Below are positions 28,463 through 41,871 of a DNA stretch of 64,000 nucleotides, in pieces; the stretch's first letter is position 1, and each line of letters starts with the position of its first letter. The notes under the pieces were generated by a model, which was given only the letters and a program-made list of their open reading frames with translations, was not told the origin of the DNA and searched no databases. The translations under genes and the position numbers were made by a program. Source of the stretch: Acholeplasmataceae bacterium (GTDB taxonomy: Bacteria; Bacillota_I; Bacilli_A; Acholeplasmatales; Acholeplasmataceae); contig JAZHDG010000035.1 in NCBI GenBank assembly GCA_036584525.1, positions 4,839 through 68,838 on the forward strand. The letters run 5' to 3'.

Positions 28463-29608
28463 CTATTCTAAATTGGTTTTAACGAACTCGATCAATGCTT
28501 CTCGATTATTTTCTAATCGCCGGTTGATGACTTCAATAACCATCTTTGTTTGTATGTCTTTGATCCAAGCACCTGCTTTACGATTTGCTAATTTAATAAT
28601 TTCAGTTGCTCGTAGTTTTAAATCAAGATCTGACTGGATTGGTAAATTTTGGTATAATGCTTCAATTTCAGTCTTTCTATTTTTTGAACGATTTAACATA
28701 TAGGTCACACGATTAGCAAGTAAACACAAATCAATTCCATATGTATAAAGCATCATCGCATCAATCTCTTTATTATCTCTAGCTAAAGCCGATGCAATTT
28801 CATAACGATGTCGATGCTTATTTGAAAATGTCCATTCACTTGGAACTGATCCATTTAATGTAAATGCGAGTGTGAAGAATACATCGACAAATGGAAGTTC
28901 ATCCAGGGATAATGTATATTCAATTCCTTGATGTAATCCTGGTAAAACTTTAGAAACGCCGGTTGTAATCATCGATTGAAATGCCATTTTTAAATATTTA
29001 CCTTGTAATGTTTTTATCATTTCAACGAGTATTCTTTCCATTGAAACATCTTTGAGTCGATCTTTCATTTGTGCAATGGCATCTCTCGTGTCACGATCGA
29101 TTTGAAAACCTAATTTACTTTGAAAATAAAATGCCCGCATGATTCGTAATGCATCTTCATTAAAACGATCTAGCGGATTTCCAATCGTTCTAATGAGTTT
29201 ACGTTCAATATCTTTTCTTCCTTCGACATGATCAATGATCTCATCTGATTCTGTCATGAGCAACCCATTTATCGTAAAATCACGTCGCATGACATCTTCC
29301 ATCACTGATTCACTGTATGTCACATTCTCAGGATGTCTCCCATCCACGTATTCACCGTCGATACGATATGTTGTCACTTCATAAGTTTCTGTTCCCATAA
29401 AAACAGTAACCGTACCATATTTTAGTCCTGTAGGTTTTGTTTTAAATAATTTAGCTACCTGAAACGGTTTAGCATTTGTTGTAATATCAACATCTGTTAA
29501 TGGTTGTCTCAAAACATAGTCTCTAACTGCACCACCAACGATAAAAGCTTCATAACCGTGCCTTTTTAAGTCTTGAATGACGCGTTTTGCGCCTCTAAGT
29601 GTACTCAT
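28463..29608 (-). CDS. cca: CCA-adding tRNA nucleotidyltransferase
   Basis: GGAVRD and DxD (DVDITT) motifs plus RRDFTINGL. The preferred start is ATG 29608 (GGTGA SD) because TGGTATAAT, an extended -10, overlaps the track's start at 29620. Confidence 0.88.
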   Translation of the reverse strand: MSTLRGAKRVIQDLKRHGYEAFIVGGAVRDYVLRQPLTDVDITTNAKPFQVAKLFKTKPTGLKYGTVTVFMGTETYEVTTYRIDGEYVDGRHPENVTYSESVMEDVMRRDFTINGLLMTESDEIIDHVEGRKDIERKLIRTIGNPLDRFNEDALRIMRAFYFQSKLGFQIDRDTRDAIAQMKDRLKDVSMERILVEMIKTLQGKYLKMAFQSMITTGVSKVLPGLHQGIEYTLSLDELPFVDVFFTLAFTLNGSVPSEWTFSNKHRHRYEIASALARDNKEIDAMMLYTYGIDLCLLANRVTYMLNRSKNRKTEIEALYQNLPIQSDLDLKLRATEIIKLANRKAGAWIKDIQTKMVIEVINRRLENNREALIEFVKTNLE

Positions 29609-29694
29609 GTTTATCACCATGTATCATTATACCAAATTTTTAGTAGATAGTTTTTCTAAAACTGCTTTTATGTTATACTAAATCCGGTGAAAAG

Positions 29695-30303
29695 ATGCGC
29701 TATATAAAAGAAACAATATCTCATCAAATCGAGATTGATAAATCCATTTTTATCGCGATACTTTACCCGCTTGAACATCAAGAGGATGTTTTATTATGCT
29801 TAAATGATGCAAAATTAAAATATCCTAAAGCAAACCATTATTGTCATGCATCCATATTTGGAACTACAGGTGAACATCAAACCGCATCTGACGATGGTGA
29901 ACCCTCACGTACAGCTGGAATTCCTATACTTGAAGTCCTAAAACACCATGATGTGACAAATATATTATGTGTGGTTATTCGTTATTTTGGTGGCATAAAA
30001 CTTGGTGCTGGGGGGCTAGTTAGAGCCTATACAAAAGCAGCTGCTGATGGCATAAAACTCGCAAAATTTTATTTCAAAAGGGAAGTCCCAATTTTTAAAA
30101 TAACTTTTGATTATGACAAAATAAATTACATGGATAAATATTTTGAAAAAGATGCAGAGATTATAGACAAAATTTATTTAGAACAAGTCAGCTATACAAT
30201 TATTTTAATCGATCAAAATATTCAACGAATCGATGATATTCATCACCTTTTACTAAAAAGTGAGAATTTAGGTATAAAAACTATACAAATTGATGAGTCC
30301 TAA
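29695..30303 (+). CDS. yigZ: YigZ/IMPACT-family protein (UPF0029)
   Basis: DDGEPSRTAGIPIL and RYFGGIKLGAGGL signatures. Confidence 0.85.
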   Translation: MRYIKETISHQIEIDKSIFIAILYPLEHQEDVLLCLNDAKLKYPKANHYCHASIFGTTGEHQTASDDGEPSRTAGIPILEVLKHHDVTNILCVVIRYFGGIKLGAGGLVRAYTKAAADGIKLAKFYFKREVPIFKITFDYDKINYMDKYFEKDAEIIDKIYLEQVSYTIILIDQNIQRIDDIHHLLLKSENLGIKTIQIDES

Positions 30304-30319
30304 TGACTCATTTTTTTAT

Positions 30320-30345
30320 AAAAAAAGCATAGGTTTCCCTATGCT
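30320..30345 (-). terminator. Intrinsic terminator ending the atp operon
   Basis: Minus strand AGCATAGG-gaaa-CCTATGCT followed by TTTTTTT. The stop of the ywzB-like ORF lies in the stem. Confidence 0.75.
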
Positions 30346-30545
30346 AAAACGTTTAATAATTGTGATAGTTTAACCATCACTTCACTCAGTAAATGTGCAC
30401 TAATGAGTGATAGCAGAAAATAAGCAGCTTTAATTTCCCAAATCTTCATCTTTTCAAATTTATTTTCAAGATGCAATGCCGATAAAATTCTAAGTGCTAA
30501 AGCAAAAAATATGATAAGCGACGTGAAATAGATGATGTGTTCGAT
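30339..30545 (-). CDS. Small two-TM membrane protein, YwzB/DUF1146-like, downstream of atpC; apparent non-AUG start
   Basis: AGGAGGTG overlaps the atpC stop, and 7 nt later ATC opens a 68-codon frame: IEHIIYFTSLIIFFALALRILSALHLENKFEKMKIWEIKAAYFLLSLISAHLLSEVMVKLSQLLNVLA. There is no in-frame ATG/GTG/TTG between the upstream stop (30573-30575) and codon 24. The position matches the ywzB family in Firmicutes. Confidence 0.5.
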   Translation of the reverse strand: MEHIIYFTSLIIFFALALRILSALHLENKFEKMKIWEIKAAYFLLSLISAHLLSEVMVKLSQLLNVLA

Positions 30546-30556
30546 ATTAACACCTC

Positions 30557-33182
<2,626 letters not shown>

Positions 33183-33183
33183 A

Positions 33184-34689
33184 TTAGATCATCCTTTTTA
33201 AATTTGTAATAAATTGGTCGATCTTTTTAGAGTCAGGAAGTGTTTGTTTTTCAATGAGTTCATCATAAATTTTCATGCCAAGTTCATTCATCTTTAATCC
33301 TTGATCAATTTCACTCTCGAGTGCTTTAACTTGATCAAGATTTAAATCATCCATATGACCATTTGAAAGCGCATAAATCGTGATGATTTGAGTTGGCATT
33401 TCAATGAGTTCGTGAACATCTTGTTTTAAAATTTCTACAGTCTTACGCCCACGTTCAAGTCTTCGTTTCGCATTTTGGTCTAAATCTGATCCAAATTGAG
33501 CGAATGACTCAAGTTCACGATAGTTTGCAAGATTAATACGAACCGTACCTGCAACTTTTTTCATTGCTTTCCATTGTGCAGCACCACCAACACGTGATAC
33601 CGATAACCCCGCATTAATTGCTGGTCTTATACCAGAATAGAATAGTTCAGCTTCTAAGAATATTTGTCCGTCAGTAATTGAAATTACGTTCGTTGAAATA
33701 TAAGCTGAAATATCGCCAGCTTTAGTTTCAATAATTGGTAAAGCTGTAATTGATCCTCCACCAAGACTATCATTTAAACGTGCTGAGCGTTCAAGTAAGC
33801 GTGAATGAAGATAGAAAACATCTCCTGGATATGCTTCTCTTCCTGGAGGTCTTCTTAAAAGCAATGAGAGTTCGCGGTATGCAACGGCATGTTTTGATAA
33901 ATCATCATACACGATTAACACATCTTTACCTTGTTCCATAAAGTATTCGCCCATAGCGACTCCTGCAAATGGTGCAAGATACAACAAGGTTCCTTCTTTG
34001 GAGGCTCCCGCAGTGACAACAATGGTATAATCCATCGCTTGTTTTTCTTTTAAGAGTTGAACTAATGTTGTGACTGATGACTCTTTTTGGCCTATCGCAA
34101 CATAGATACAAATGACATCTTTACCTTTTTGGTTAATGATAGTGTCAACAGCAAGTGTCGTCTTACCGGTTTGTCTATCACCAATGATGAGCTCTCTTTG
34201 TCCACGACCAATCGGGACAAGTGCATCAATAACTTTGATCCCAGTTTCCATTGAACGATTAATTGATCCTCTTTGCATAACACCTTGAGCACGACGTTCA
34301 ACGGGTAAAAATTGATCCGTGTGAATCGCTCCAAGTGCATCGAGAGGCTCTCCTAATGGATTAACTACTCTTCCTAAAAGTGCTTCTCCAACTGGAACTT
34401 CGAAAATTCGCTTAGTTGTTTTAACTAAGTCTCCTTCTTTAATCAAATCAGCGTTTCCTAATAAAATAACCCCAACACTATGTGCTTCCAAGTTAAAAAC
34501 TAACCCCTTCACATCATGAGGAAATTCTAATAGTTCACCCATCATCGCTTGTTGGAGACCATATACGATGGCAATACCATCCCCTACGGATAGTACTTTA
34601 CCAATATTTTCTAATTTGACATCTTGTTCATATGACTGAATCTGCTTTTTAATGATTTCTGTCATTTCTTGAACTTTTATTTTCGACAT
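33184..34689 (-). CDS. atpA: F1 ATP synthase alpha subunit
   Basis: Walker A GDRQTGKT; 501 aa. Confidence 0.98.
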   Translation of the reverse strand: MSKIKVQEMTEIIKKQIQSYEQDVKLENIGKVLSVGDGIAIVYGLQQAMMGELLEFPHDVKGLVFNLEAHSVGVILLGNADLIKEGDLVKTTKRIFEVPVGEALLGRVVNPLGEPLDALGAIHTDQFLPVERRAQGVMQRGSINRSMETGIKVIDALVPIGRGQRELIIGDRQTGKTTLAVDTIINQKGKDVICIYVAIGQKESSVTTLVQLLKEKQAMDYTIVVTAGASKEGTLLYLAPFAGVAMGEYFMEQGKDVLIVYDDLSKHAVAYRELSLLLRRPPGREAYPGDVFYLHSRLLERSARLNDSLGGGSITALPIIETKAGDISAYISTNVISITDGQIFLEAELFYSGIRPAINAGLSVSRVGGAAQWKAMKKVAGTVRINLANYRELESFAQFGSDLDQNAKRRLERGRKTVEILKQDVHELIEMPTQIITIYALSNGHMDDLNLDQVKALESEIDQGLKMNELGMKIYDELIEKQTLPDSKKIDQFITNLKRMI

Positions 34690-34701
34690 TTCTACACCAC
34701 C

Positions 34702-35214
34702 TTAAATCGTTGTGAATAACTCTTCGAGTTCACGCAGGGTTGATTGATCCAGCGATTGCCCCTTATAAACTGTCACCATGCCACCAATTAAATTGTCATC
34801 TACGGTGACTCTAAGCATGACCTTCTTATCACTAAATCTTGGTTGAAGCACTTTGACAAGTGCTTCTTCTTGTACTTTTGTTAATTTTTTTGCCGTATAA
34901 ACACGAATGTAAGCAATCTTTTGAAATAATCGATTGAGATTTGACCATTCTGAATATATTTTTTCATATTCATGCATCATATGATGTTCAGATAGCACCT
35001 TCAAAAATGATAAAAAATGGACATCGTATGTCAACTGATCAATCATTTTAATCTTTTCGATGAGTGTGAGCATTGGAGAATCCATGAGTGTCACCCAAGA
35101 TGGACTTAACTCCATTTGATGCTTAAAATCATCGAATTGATCAGATATCACATCAATTTTATCTTCTTCTTTGACTAACTCAAAAAAAGCTTTTGTGATC
35201 CGCTCTATATTCAT
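34702..35214 (-). CDS. atpH: F1 ATP synthase delta (OSCP) subunit
   Basis: 170 aa, assigned by operon position and C-terminal GGMVTVYKGQSLDQS-type motif. Confidence 0.9.
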   Translation of the reverse strand: MNIERITKAFFELVKEEDKIDVISDQFDDFKHQMELSPSWVTLMDSPMLTLIEKIKMIDQLTYDVHFLSFLKVLSEHHMMHEYEKIYSEWSNLNRLFQKIAYIRVYTAKKLTKVQEEALVKVLQPRFSDKKVMLRVTVDDNLIGGMVTVYKGQSLDQSTLRELEELFTTI

Positions 35215-35747
35215 GATTTAAATCTCTCTTGAATGATTTCCTCTACAATATCATCGTGTACAGTTTCATCAATCTCACGTTTAACTATTTTTTTAGCTGC
35301 AGCAAACGCAACTTCTTTGATTGATTGTCTAATTTCATCATTCGCTTCTTGTATTTCATACTCTATATCTTTTTCAGCTTGTTCAATCCGACGTTTCGCT
35401 TCAAGTTTAGCTTTTTCTATAAGCTCTTCTTGTTCACGATAGGCTTGAAGCGTTAATCTTTCTTTAAGCTCTCTCGTCTCATGTTTCATTTGTTCGTATT
35501 CCTTAACGGAATTTTCTTGGAGTTCTTTCGCTTTAAAAACTTCTTGATCGGCAAGTTCTAAAGCTTCAGCAAGTGCAGCTTGACGTTTTTCAATAAATCC
35601 AGTCACACTTTTCCATAAAAATTTACGTACAAAAAACAACAAAACTAAAAAGGCTAATAGATTCAATACGACAATATGTGGTTGTTCAATTACTGAATTT
35701 AATCCAGTTTGAATTCCCTGAATTGCGTCTTCAAATACTTGGTTCAA
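35211..35747 (-). CDS. atpF: Fo ATP synthase b subunit
   Basis: Single N-terminal TM followed by a long charged coiled coil. Confidence 0.9.
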   Translation of the reverse strand: MNQVFEDAIQGIQTGLNSVIEQPHIVVLNLLAFLVLLFFVRKFLWKSVTGFIEKRQAALAEALELADQEVFKAKELQENSVKEYEQMKHETRELKERLTLQAYREQEELIEKAKLEAKRRIEQAEKDIEYEIQEANDEIRQSIKEVAFAAAKKIVKREIDETVHDDIVEEIIQERFKS

Positions 35748-35762
35748 TGAGATCAGTCCTTT

Positions 35763-36044
35763 TTATTTTGAAATTAGAATAAAAGCAATAATTAATCCAT
35801 AAATCCCTGTAGTTTCGGCTACCGCTTGACCAATCAACATGGTTGCAGTAATTTTGCCTGATGCTTCAGGTTGACGACCTACGGCTTCAACAGCTTTAGA
35901 TGCTGCAATCCCTTGACCAATCGCAGTACCAAATCCAGTAAATACGGCGATGCCAGCTCCTACGTAAGCTAAACCTTGACTAAAATACTCATTTGCAACA
36001 ACATCTGCAATAACTGGTAAAACATTGCTTAAAAATGTAAACAT
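35763..36044 (-). CDS. atpE: Fo ATP synthase c subunit
   Basis: Hairpin proteolipid with GxGxGxG ([15 protein letters not shown]) and an ion-binding Glu in helix 2 (AVAETTGIY). Confidence 0.95.
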   Translation of the reverse strand: MFTFLSNVLPVIADVVANEYFSQGLAYVGAGIAVFTGFGTAIGQGIAASKAVEAVGRQPEASGKITATMLIGQAVAETTGIYGLIIAFILISK

Positions 36045-36074
36045 AATTTTTTCTCCTTTTATCGTAATTTATTC

Positions 36075-36749
36075 TTAAATCATATTTAAATCATCTTCAT
36101 CAACTTTCATAGATGAATATATCACTGTAAGCATTACAACCACTATGGTTTGAATAAAACCAAATCCTATATCAAATACTAAATGAAAAGTTGGTGCTAC
36201 AATGATGGAAAGCCAACCGGTTGCTCCATAGATAATCGTAAGCAGTAATGCACCACTTGCAATATTACCAAACAAACGTAGTGCCATTGACAAAATGGGT
36301 GTGAATTCACTAATAATATTTAATGGTGCCATGGGTGCTAATGGTTTAAAAACACCTAATAAATGTTTCCATCCCATGCTTTTAAATCCTGTCGCTTGAA
36401 TTAGAGTAAATGCTGTTATGGAGACAGAAAATGTAATGGTTGTATATTTTGTCGGTGCATCCAGAGCAATCAATCCTGACACATTTGAAATAAATACATA
36501 GAGCGCTAGAGTAATGACAGGTGGTGCTAAAAACTTCCAATGCTTTCCAATATATCCTTTAATAAAATTATTCATCATTTCGATAAAACTAATGACTACG
36601 GTTATAAATTTGCCAGGTTTGTCACGAACATCCATTTTATTAATTTTTATACTTATCAATACCGATCCAAAGGAAATAAATGCAATAATACCTAAAGACG
36701 TATAAAAGTAAATCGGAATTTCACGAAGCATCGTTAGAATCTGTTCCAT
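36075..36749 (-). CDS. atpB: Fo ATP synthase a subunit
   Basis: Conserved LALRLFGNIASG (essential Arg). Confidence 0.95.
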   Translation of the reverse strand: MEQILTMLREIPIYFYTSLGIIAFISFGSVLISIKINKMDVRDKPGKFITVVISFIEMMNNFIKGYIGKHWKFLAPPVITLALYVFISNVSGLIALDAPTKYTTITFSVSITAFTLIQATGFKSMGWKHLLGVFKPLAPMAPLNIISEFTPILSMALRLFGNIASGALLLTIIYGATGWLSIIVAPTFHLVFDIGFGFIQTIVVVMLTVIYSSMKVDEDDLNMI

Positions 36750-37128
36750 CTTTCATCACCTCACCTTCAGCTTCTTTTTTAATGAGTGGTGTGTGGTAAA
36801 TAAATATACCAATTTTTAATGAGAAAATACCTAATAATAAAAACACATAAGAATAAATCATCGTTGTTGTTCCTAAATCTTTGGTATCGAAATAGACGAT
36901 AGCTACGATGACAGTATATAAAATATATCGTGTGACAAGATTGGTCACAACTTTTTGGGTTGTAAATTTGCCCTTTAATGATTGAGTCGCTAAGCTATTA
37001 TTAAAAAGTGCCACAGCAGAACCTAATACCGTCCATAATAAGTATTCTCTAAAAAAGAGAAAAGTTACTAAAGCTAATATAAGTGCGTAGATAAATGTAA
37101 TAATGCTAATGGTGTACATTTTTTTCAT
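36721..37128 (-). CDS. atpI: ATP synthase protein I (AtpI)
   Basis: 135-aa polytopic membrane protein immediately upstream of atpB. Confidence 0.7.
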   Translation of the reverse strand: MKKMYTISIITFIYALILALVTFLFFREYLLWTVLGSAVALFNNSLATQSLKGKFTTQKVVTNLVTRYILYTVIVAIVYFDTKDLGTTTMIYSYVFLLLGIFSLKIGIFIYHTPLIKKEAEGEVMKDGTDSNDAS

Positions 37129-37360
37129 AGCGTTCCTCGTTTTTCACAAATCTATATAATGTCACAAACCCAAACATAACTCCAAGAAATAAACCAGCAC
37201 CTGCTAGCAAAATACTTAAGTCATCATCTGGACTTAATCTCATTCCAATATAATAACCCAATAGTGATAATGCAATAATGGTCATAAAAAACTGAATGAC
37301 CATGGTATAAATAGCAAATGCCTTTTTGGCTTTATTTTGTCCCAAATAAACGATCCCCAC
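37106..37360 (-). CDS. AtpZ-like small membrane protein (ATPase_gene1 family)
   Basis: Two TMs with the motif LLGYYIGMRL...LLAGAGLFLGVMFGF. GTG start preceded by AGGAG, and it overlaps the upp 3' end by 29 nt. Confidence 0.6.
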   Translation of the reverse strand: MGIVYLGQNKAKKAFAIYTMVIQFFMTIIALSLLGYYIGMRLSPDDDLSILLAGAGLFLGVMFGFVTLYRFVKNEERYEKNVHH

Positions 37361-37958
37361 AATCTCCTAAACCAGGAACAATGTAGCTATTTTCGTTTAA
37401 ATGGCTATCGAGAGCTGCTAAATAAACTGGAACATCGGGATGATCTTTCTGTAAGCGTTCAACCCCTTCTGGTGCTCCAACTAAACCAACATAACGAATA
37501 TCTTTTGCTCCGGTTGCTTTAATAATATCAATTGCCTTTGAAACAGATCCACCGCTTGCTAGCATAGGATCTACTAATAAGATTACACTATCTTTTGTAT
37601 CTTTTGGTAATTTAGAGTAATAGACTTGAGGTTGTAATGTTACTTCATCTCGATATAAACCGATATGTCCAATTTTTGCAGATGGTATCAAGTTATGAAT
37701 GCCATCAACCATGCCTAATCCAGCACGTAAAATTGGTACTATCACCACAGGTTTTTCAAGTTCATAAACGGTTGTTTCACAAATTGGTGTTTCAATTTGT
37801 TTAGGTTTTGTTGTGAAATCACGCGTGATTTCATACGTAATTAATCCACCTAGCTCAGATAGACTTTCTCTAAACTCTTTGGTCCCTGTTTCTTTATTTC
37901 TAATTTTCGACATCTTGTGATCAATCAAGGGGTGCTTAATGACAACTAACTTACTCAT
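37332..37958 (-). CDS. upp: Uracil phosphoribosyltransferase
   Basis: PRPP loop VDPMLASGGS and C-terminal PGLGDCGDRLFGTK. Confidence 0.96.
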   Translation of the reverse strand: MSKLVVIKHPLIDHKMSKIRNKETGTKEFRESLSELGGLITYEITRDFTTKPKQIETPICETTVYELEKPVVIVPILRAGLGMVDGIHNLIPSAKIGHIGLYRDEVTLQPQVYYSKLPKDTKDSVILLVDPMLASGGSVSKAIDIIKATGAKDIRYVGLVGAPEGVERLQKDHPDVPVYLAALDSHLNENSYIVPGLGDCGDRLFGTK

Positions 37959-37962
37959 TCAT

Positions 37963-38400
37963 TTACTCCTTTTCAATATTATGAATTTTTTTAATTCTTT
38001 GTTCGTGACGTGGCTCATAAGAAGCATTCATATATGCTTCTAAAATTTTAATTGCTTTTTCATAAGGTGTAGTTCTTCCCCCTAAAGCAATTACATTCGC
38101 ATTATTATGCTGTCTAGCAAGCTGTCCTGTATTTTCATCATAGACTAAAGCAGCTCGAACGCCTTTGACTTTATTCGCAGCAATACTGATGCCAATGCCA
38201 GTACCACAAATGACAATTCCGAAATCGTACTGCTTTTCCACTACAGCATGTCCGACCTTATTTGCAAAATCGGGATAATCCACGGCATCATTCGAATTTG
38301 TTCCAAAATCATGATACTGTATGTTTTTATCCTCGAAATATTTCTTAATATTCTCTTTTAATTCGAATCCTCCATGATCACTACCAATCGCAATTTTCAT
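37963..38400 (-). CDS. rpiB: Ribose-5-phosphate isomerase B
   Basis: MKIAIGSDHGG and CGTGIGISIAANK motifs. Confidence 0.95.
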   Translation of the reverse strand: MKIAIGSDHGGFELKENIKKYFEDKNIQYHDFGTNSNDAVDYPDFANKVGHAVVEKQYDFGIVICGTGIGISIAANKVKGVRAALVYDENTGQLARQHNNANVIALGGRTTPYEKAIKILEAYMNASYEPRHEQRIKKIHNIEKE

Positions 38401-38429
38401 AGACTCCTCCTATGTTTTACCTATAAAAT

Positions 38430-38459
38430 ATTATATCATAAAACGACCCTTAAGGACAA
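38430..38459 (-). promoter_or_regulatory. Candidate promoter for rpiB-upp-atp
   Basis: Minus strand TTGTCC, 18 nt, TGATATAAT (extended -10), then AGGAGGAGTCT ATG. Confidence 0.5.
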
Positions 38460-38506
38460 AGAAGAAGCGCCAATTACATACTTTAACAAAAAAGACGCGA
38501 AGCGCC

Positions 38507-40321
38507 TTAATCGTTCCCATATAAATAAGCTTTTTTACGTTCGTTTGCTCTAAGTAATGTCTTTCTTAAACGAATATTTAAAGGTGTAATTTCAATAAGT
38601 TCATCGTCATTAATGAACGCTAAACAAGCTTCTAGTGTCATTAATCTGGGTTTCTTTAAAACAACAGTTGAATCTTTAGATGCTGAACGCATATTCGTTA
38701 ATTGTTTTTCTTGTGTCACATTCACAACTAAATCCGAATCTTTATTAGCTTCACCGACAATCATGCCTTCATAAACTGCAGTTCTTGTATCAACAAACAT
38801 ATACCCACGATCTTCTAAACGACCAATCGCGTAAGCCGTTGTCATCCCTTGATTTAATGAAACTAAAGCACCTGAACGACGATTACCAACAGTTTCTTGA
38901 ATCATTGGACGATATTCTAGATACACGTGTGACAAAATGCCATATCCTTTAGTTGCAGTTAAAAATTGTGTCATAAATCCAATAAGCCCTCTTGATGGCA
39001 TTGTATACCGAATTCTTGAATAGTCACCCACTTGGTTCATGGATGACAAATCGCCTCTTCTTTCACCAAGCATTTCAATAATAGTCCCAATAAATTCTGT
39101 TGGACAGTCAATTTGAACATCTTCATATGGTTCACATTGAACACCATTTATTGTTTTCACAATAACTCTTGGACGAGACACTTGAAATTCAAATGACTCA
39201 CGACGCATATTTTCAATTAAAATGCCTAAATGTAATTCACCACGCCCAGATACAATCCACGCTTCACTATTATCAATACGATCAACTCTAAGACTTACAT
39301 CTTTTTGTGTTTCTTTAAACAATCTTTCATCAATTTTAGTTGCAGTAACAAATTTTCCTTCTTTACCTGCAAATGGACTATTATTGGTTAAAAATGTCAT
39401 TTGAACCGTTGGTTCATCGATATGTAGGTGTGGTAATGCAACTTCGAAACCAACTTCACAGACTGTTTCACCAACATGGATGTCAGGAAGACCAGCAACT
39501 GATACAATATCACCAGCGTACGCCTCCATAACTTCTGTTTTTTCGACACCTAAGCTTTGGAAGATTTTTTGAATTCTAAATTGAATGGTTGATCCATCTA
39601 ATCTAACACAACTCACCGTATCGTTAACACGGAGTGTCCCTTGATGAATTTTTCCAATTCCCATTCTTCCAACGTAATCATTGTAATCAATAAGTGCGGG
39701 TTGAAATACTAAATGGTCATCTTTATTTTGATTGGGTTGAGGAATTTCTTTGATGATTGTGTCTAGAATAGGTTCCATTTTAATATCTAAATAAAGATGT
39801 GGTGTGTAATTTGATAGCCCTTGGATACCTGATGCATAAAGTACAGGAAAATCGAGTTGATGTTCATCAGCTCCTAAATCAATAAACAAGTCATAAACTT
39901 CATTGACTGTCCGTTGAATATCTGCGTATTTACGATCCACTTTATTGATCACGACAATTGGTAAAAGTTTAGCCTCTAAAGCTTTTTTTAGTACAAAACG
40001 TGTTTGTGGCATCACACCTTCATAGGCATCAACGAGTAAAAGAACTCCATCCACCATATGCATAATACGTTCAACTTCACCACCAAAATCGGCGTGTCCT
40101 GGAGTATCTAAGATGTTAATACGATAATTTTTATAGATGATTGCAGTATTTTTAGCAAGGATAGTAATCCCGCGTTCTCTTTCAATATCATTTGAATCCA
40201 TCACACGATCATCGAGCGCGACGTGATCATCAAAGCGTTCGCTTTGTTTTAATAATTGATTAACGAGTGTTGTTTTGCCATGATCAACGTGTGCGATGAT
40301 GGCGATATTACGAATATCCAT
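38507..40321 (-). CDS. typA: Translational GTPase TypA/BipA
   Basis: [18 protein letters not shown]1 motif and DTPGHADF. 604 aa with the BipA-type C-terminus. Confidence 0.96.
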   Translation of the reverse strand: MDIRNIAIIAHVDHGKTTLVNQLLKQSERFDDHVALDDRVMDSNDIERERGITILAKNTAIIYKNYRINILDTPGHADFGGEVERIMHMVDGVLLLVDAYEGVMPQTRFVLKKALEAKLLPIVVINKVDRKYADIQRTVNEVYDLFIDLGADEHQLDFPVLYASGIQGLSNYTPHLYLDIKMEPILDTIIKEIPQPNQNKDDHLVFQPALIDYNDYVGRMGIGKIHQGTLRVNDTVSCVRLDGSTIQFRIQKIFQSLGVEKTEVMEAYAGDIVSVAGLPDIHVGETVCEVGFEVALPHLHIDEPTVQMTFLTNNSPFAGKEGKFVTATKIDERLFKETQKDVSLRVDRIDNSEAWIVSGRGELHLGILIENMRRESFEFQVSRPRVIVKTINGVQCEPYEDVQIDCPTEFIGTIIEMLGERRGDLSSMNQVGDYSRIRYTMPSRGLIGFMTQFLTATKGYGILSHVYLEYRPMIQETVGNRRSGALVSLNQGMTTAYAIGRLEDRGYMFVDTRTAVYEGMIVGEANKDSDLVVNVTQEKQLTNMRSASKDSTVVLKKPRLMTLEACLAFINDDELIEITPLNIRLRKTLLRANERKKAYLYGND

Positions 40322-40422
40322 TTGAAACCTCTTTTCATAAGCCTTGTTTATTATATATCAAAATGTTGATTTTGACACATATAATGATTCATTTTTATTG
40401 AAAATATATAATTTTCTAACTT

Positions 40423-40463
40423 AAAAAAAACCACAATTTTGATTGAATCCAAAATTGTGGTTT
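40423..40463 (-). terminator. Strong intrinsic terminator after tsaC
   Basis: 14-bp stem AAACCACAATTTTG/CAAAATTGTGGTTT followed by TTTTTTTT on the minus strand. Confidence 0.85.
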
Positions 40464-40468
40464 AACTT

Positions 40469-41026
40469 CTAATTTAAATGGCTTAATACGGCCTCTAACT
40501 CTTTAAATGTAATAGTGCCTTCGCGTAAAATTTTAAGTTTATCTGTTAAGTCAATAACAGTCGATGATACATTTAATGCTTTTTCAAGTTGTTCATAAAT
40601 CTCTTTAACACTATGGCCAAAAGTTTGTTTGATTTCATCAATTCTTGTTAGAGGTTGTTGGCCACTTAAATTAACCGATGTCGCCCGCATTGGACCGTAT
40701 TGCTTCAGTAGTTGTAGTGCAACTGGGTGGTTAGGAATTCGTAGTGCAATGGTGCTTTCACCTGTTTTTGATTTAAATACTTCTGTAGTTCTAAGAACAA
40801 TTGTAAGTGCACCCGGCCAAAAATGTTCCATAATGACTTCAGCTTCTTTTGAAATCACCCCAATCTCTTTCGCTTCATCTACAGAGCTTAGTAATATAGG
40901 GATTTGTTTCGTTTGTTCTCTTCCCTTAAGTATATAAATTTTTTCAAGTGCTTCTTGATCATAAAGCATTGCACATAAACCGTAAACAGTGTCTGTTGGC
41001 ATAATGATTAATTCGCCTTTTTTCAT
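40469..41026 (-). CDS. tsaC: L-threonylcarbamoyladenylate synthase (YrdC-domain only)
   Basis: IMPTDTVYGL and SVNLSGQ motifs. 185 aa, so no Sua5 C-terminal domain. Confidence 0.85.
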   Translation of the reverse strand: MKKGELIIMPTDTVYGLCAMLYDQEALEKIYILKGREQTKQIPILLSSVDEAKEIGVISKEAEVIMEHFWPGALTIVLRTTEVFKSKTGESTIALRIPNHPVALQLLKQYGPMRATSVNLSGQQPLTRIDEIKQTFGHSVKEIYEQLEKALNVSSTVIDLTDKLKILREGTITFKELEAVLSHLN

Positions 41027-41871
41027 TTCAAAATACCTCCAAAACCAATAAATGTAAATCGATCTTTCCCTGCTAAATCTTTCATCTGAATAATCTTTGC
41101 TTGAGGATAATATTGGTGGATTAATTCATATAGTGGTTTTGCATGTTGGTATCCATGCTCAAAAGCTATAAGTCCATCATCATTTAAATAATCATGTGCA
41201 TTCTTTATGATGCGTGCATAAAAATCAAGACCAAATTTTCCACCATATAAAGCAACCGAAGGTTCTTTTTTTACGATATCCATCACTTCTTCATCCTCTG
41301 GGATGTAGGGAGGATTTGAAACGATGATATCGTATTTTCCTTCAATCTTATCAAATAAATCACTTAAAATAAATTCAGCTTCTATATTGAAATTCTTTTG
41401 ATTTTCAATCGCAACGTTCAGTGCTTTATCACTAATGTCTGAGAGTGTTATTTCAATTTCTGGAGCTTCCAATTTAATTGTTAATCCAATACATCCACTA
41501 CCACAACCTAAATCGAGTACCTTTATCTTTTTATCTGAGAAATAAGTGTCGTAATATAAAATAACCTGTTCCACGAGATGTTCTGTTTCGAGCCTTGGGA
41601 TTAAAACATCTTTATTCACTTTAAATTTATATCCAAAAAAATAGGAAAATCCAAGTAAATGTTGAATCGGAACATGTTGATATAAATATAAATTTAATCG
41701 CTCTAAAAATAAGTTTTCAACTGTTTTATCGGTTTCTTGATTAAGCGCCATATAAAAAGCATGAGGATCACCTTGAAATGTTTCCATTAACAAGAATTTA
41801 ACAGCTTCAGTTTCTTTATCTAATGATTCAGTAAGTTTTATCGCTTTTCTAAGTAATGCTTCATATGTCAT
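41023..41871 (-). CDS. prmC: Release-factor glutamine methyltransferase
   Basis: LDLGCGSGCIG SAM motif and NPPY. Coupled to prfA by ATGA. Confidence 0.93.
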   Translation of the reverse strand: MTYEALLRKAIKLTESLDKETEAVKFLLMETFQGDPHAFYMALNQETDKTVENLFLERLNLYLYQHVPIQHLLGFSYFFGYKFKVNKDVLIPRLETEHLVEQVILYYDTYFSDKKIKVLDLGCGSGCIGLTIKLEAPEIEITLSDISDKALNVAIENQKNFNIEAEFILSDLFDKIEGKYDIIVSNPPYIPEDEEVMDIVKKEPSVALYGGKFGLDFYARIIKNAHDYLNDDGLIAFEHGYQHAKPLYELIHQYYPQAKIIQMKDLAGKDRFTFIGFGGILK

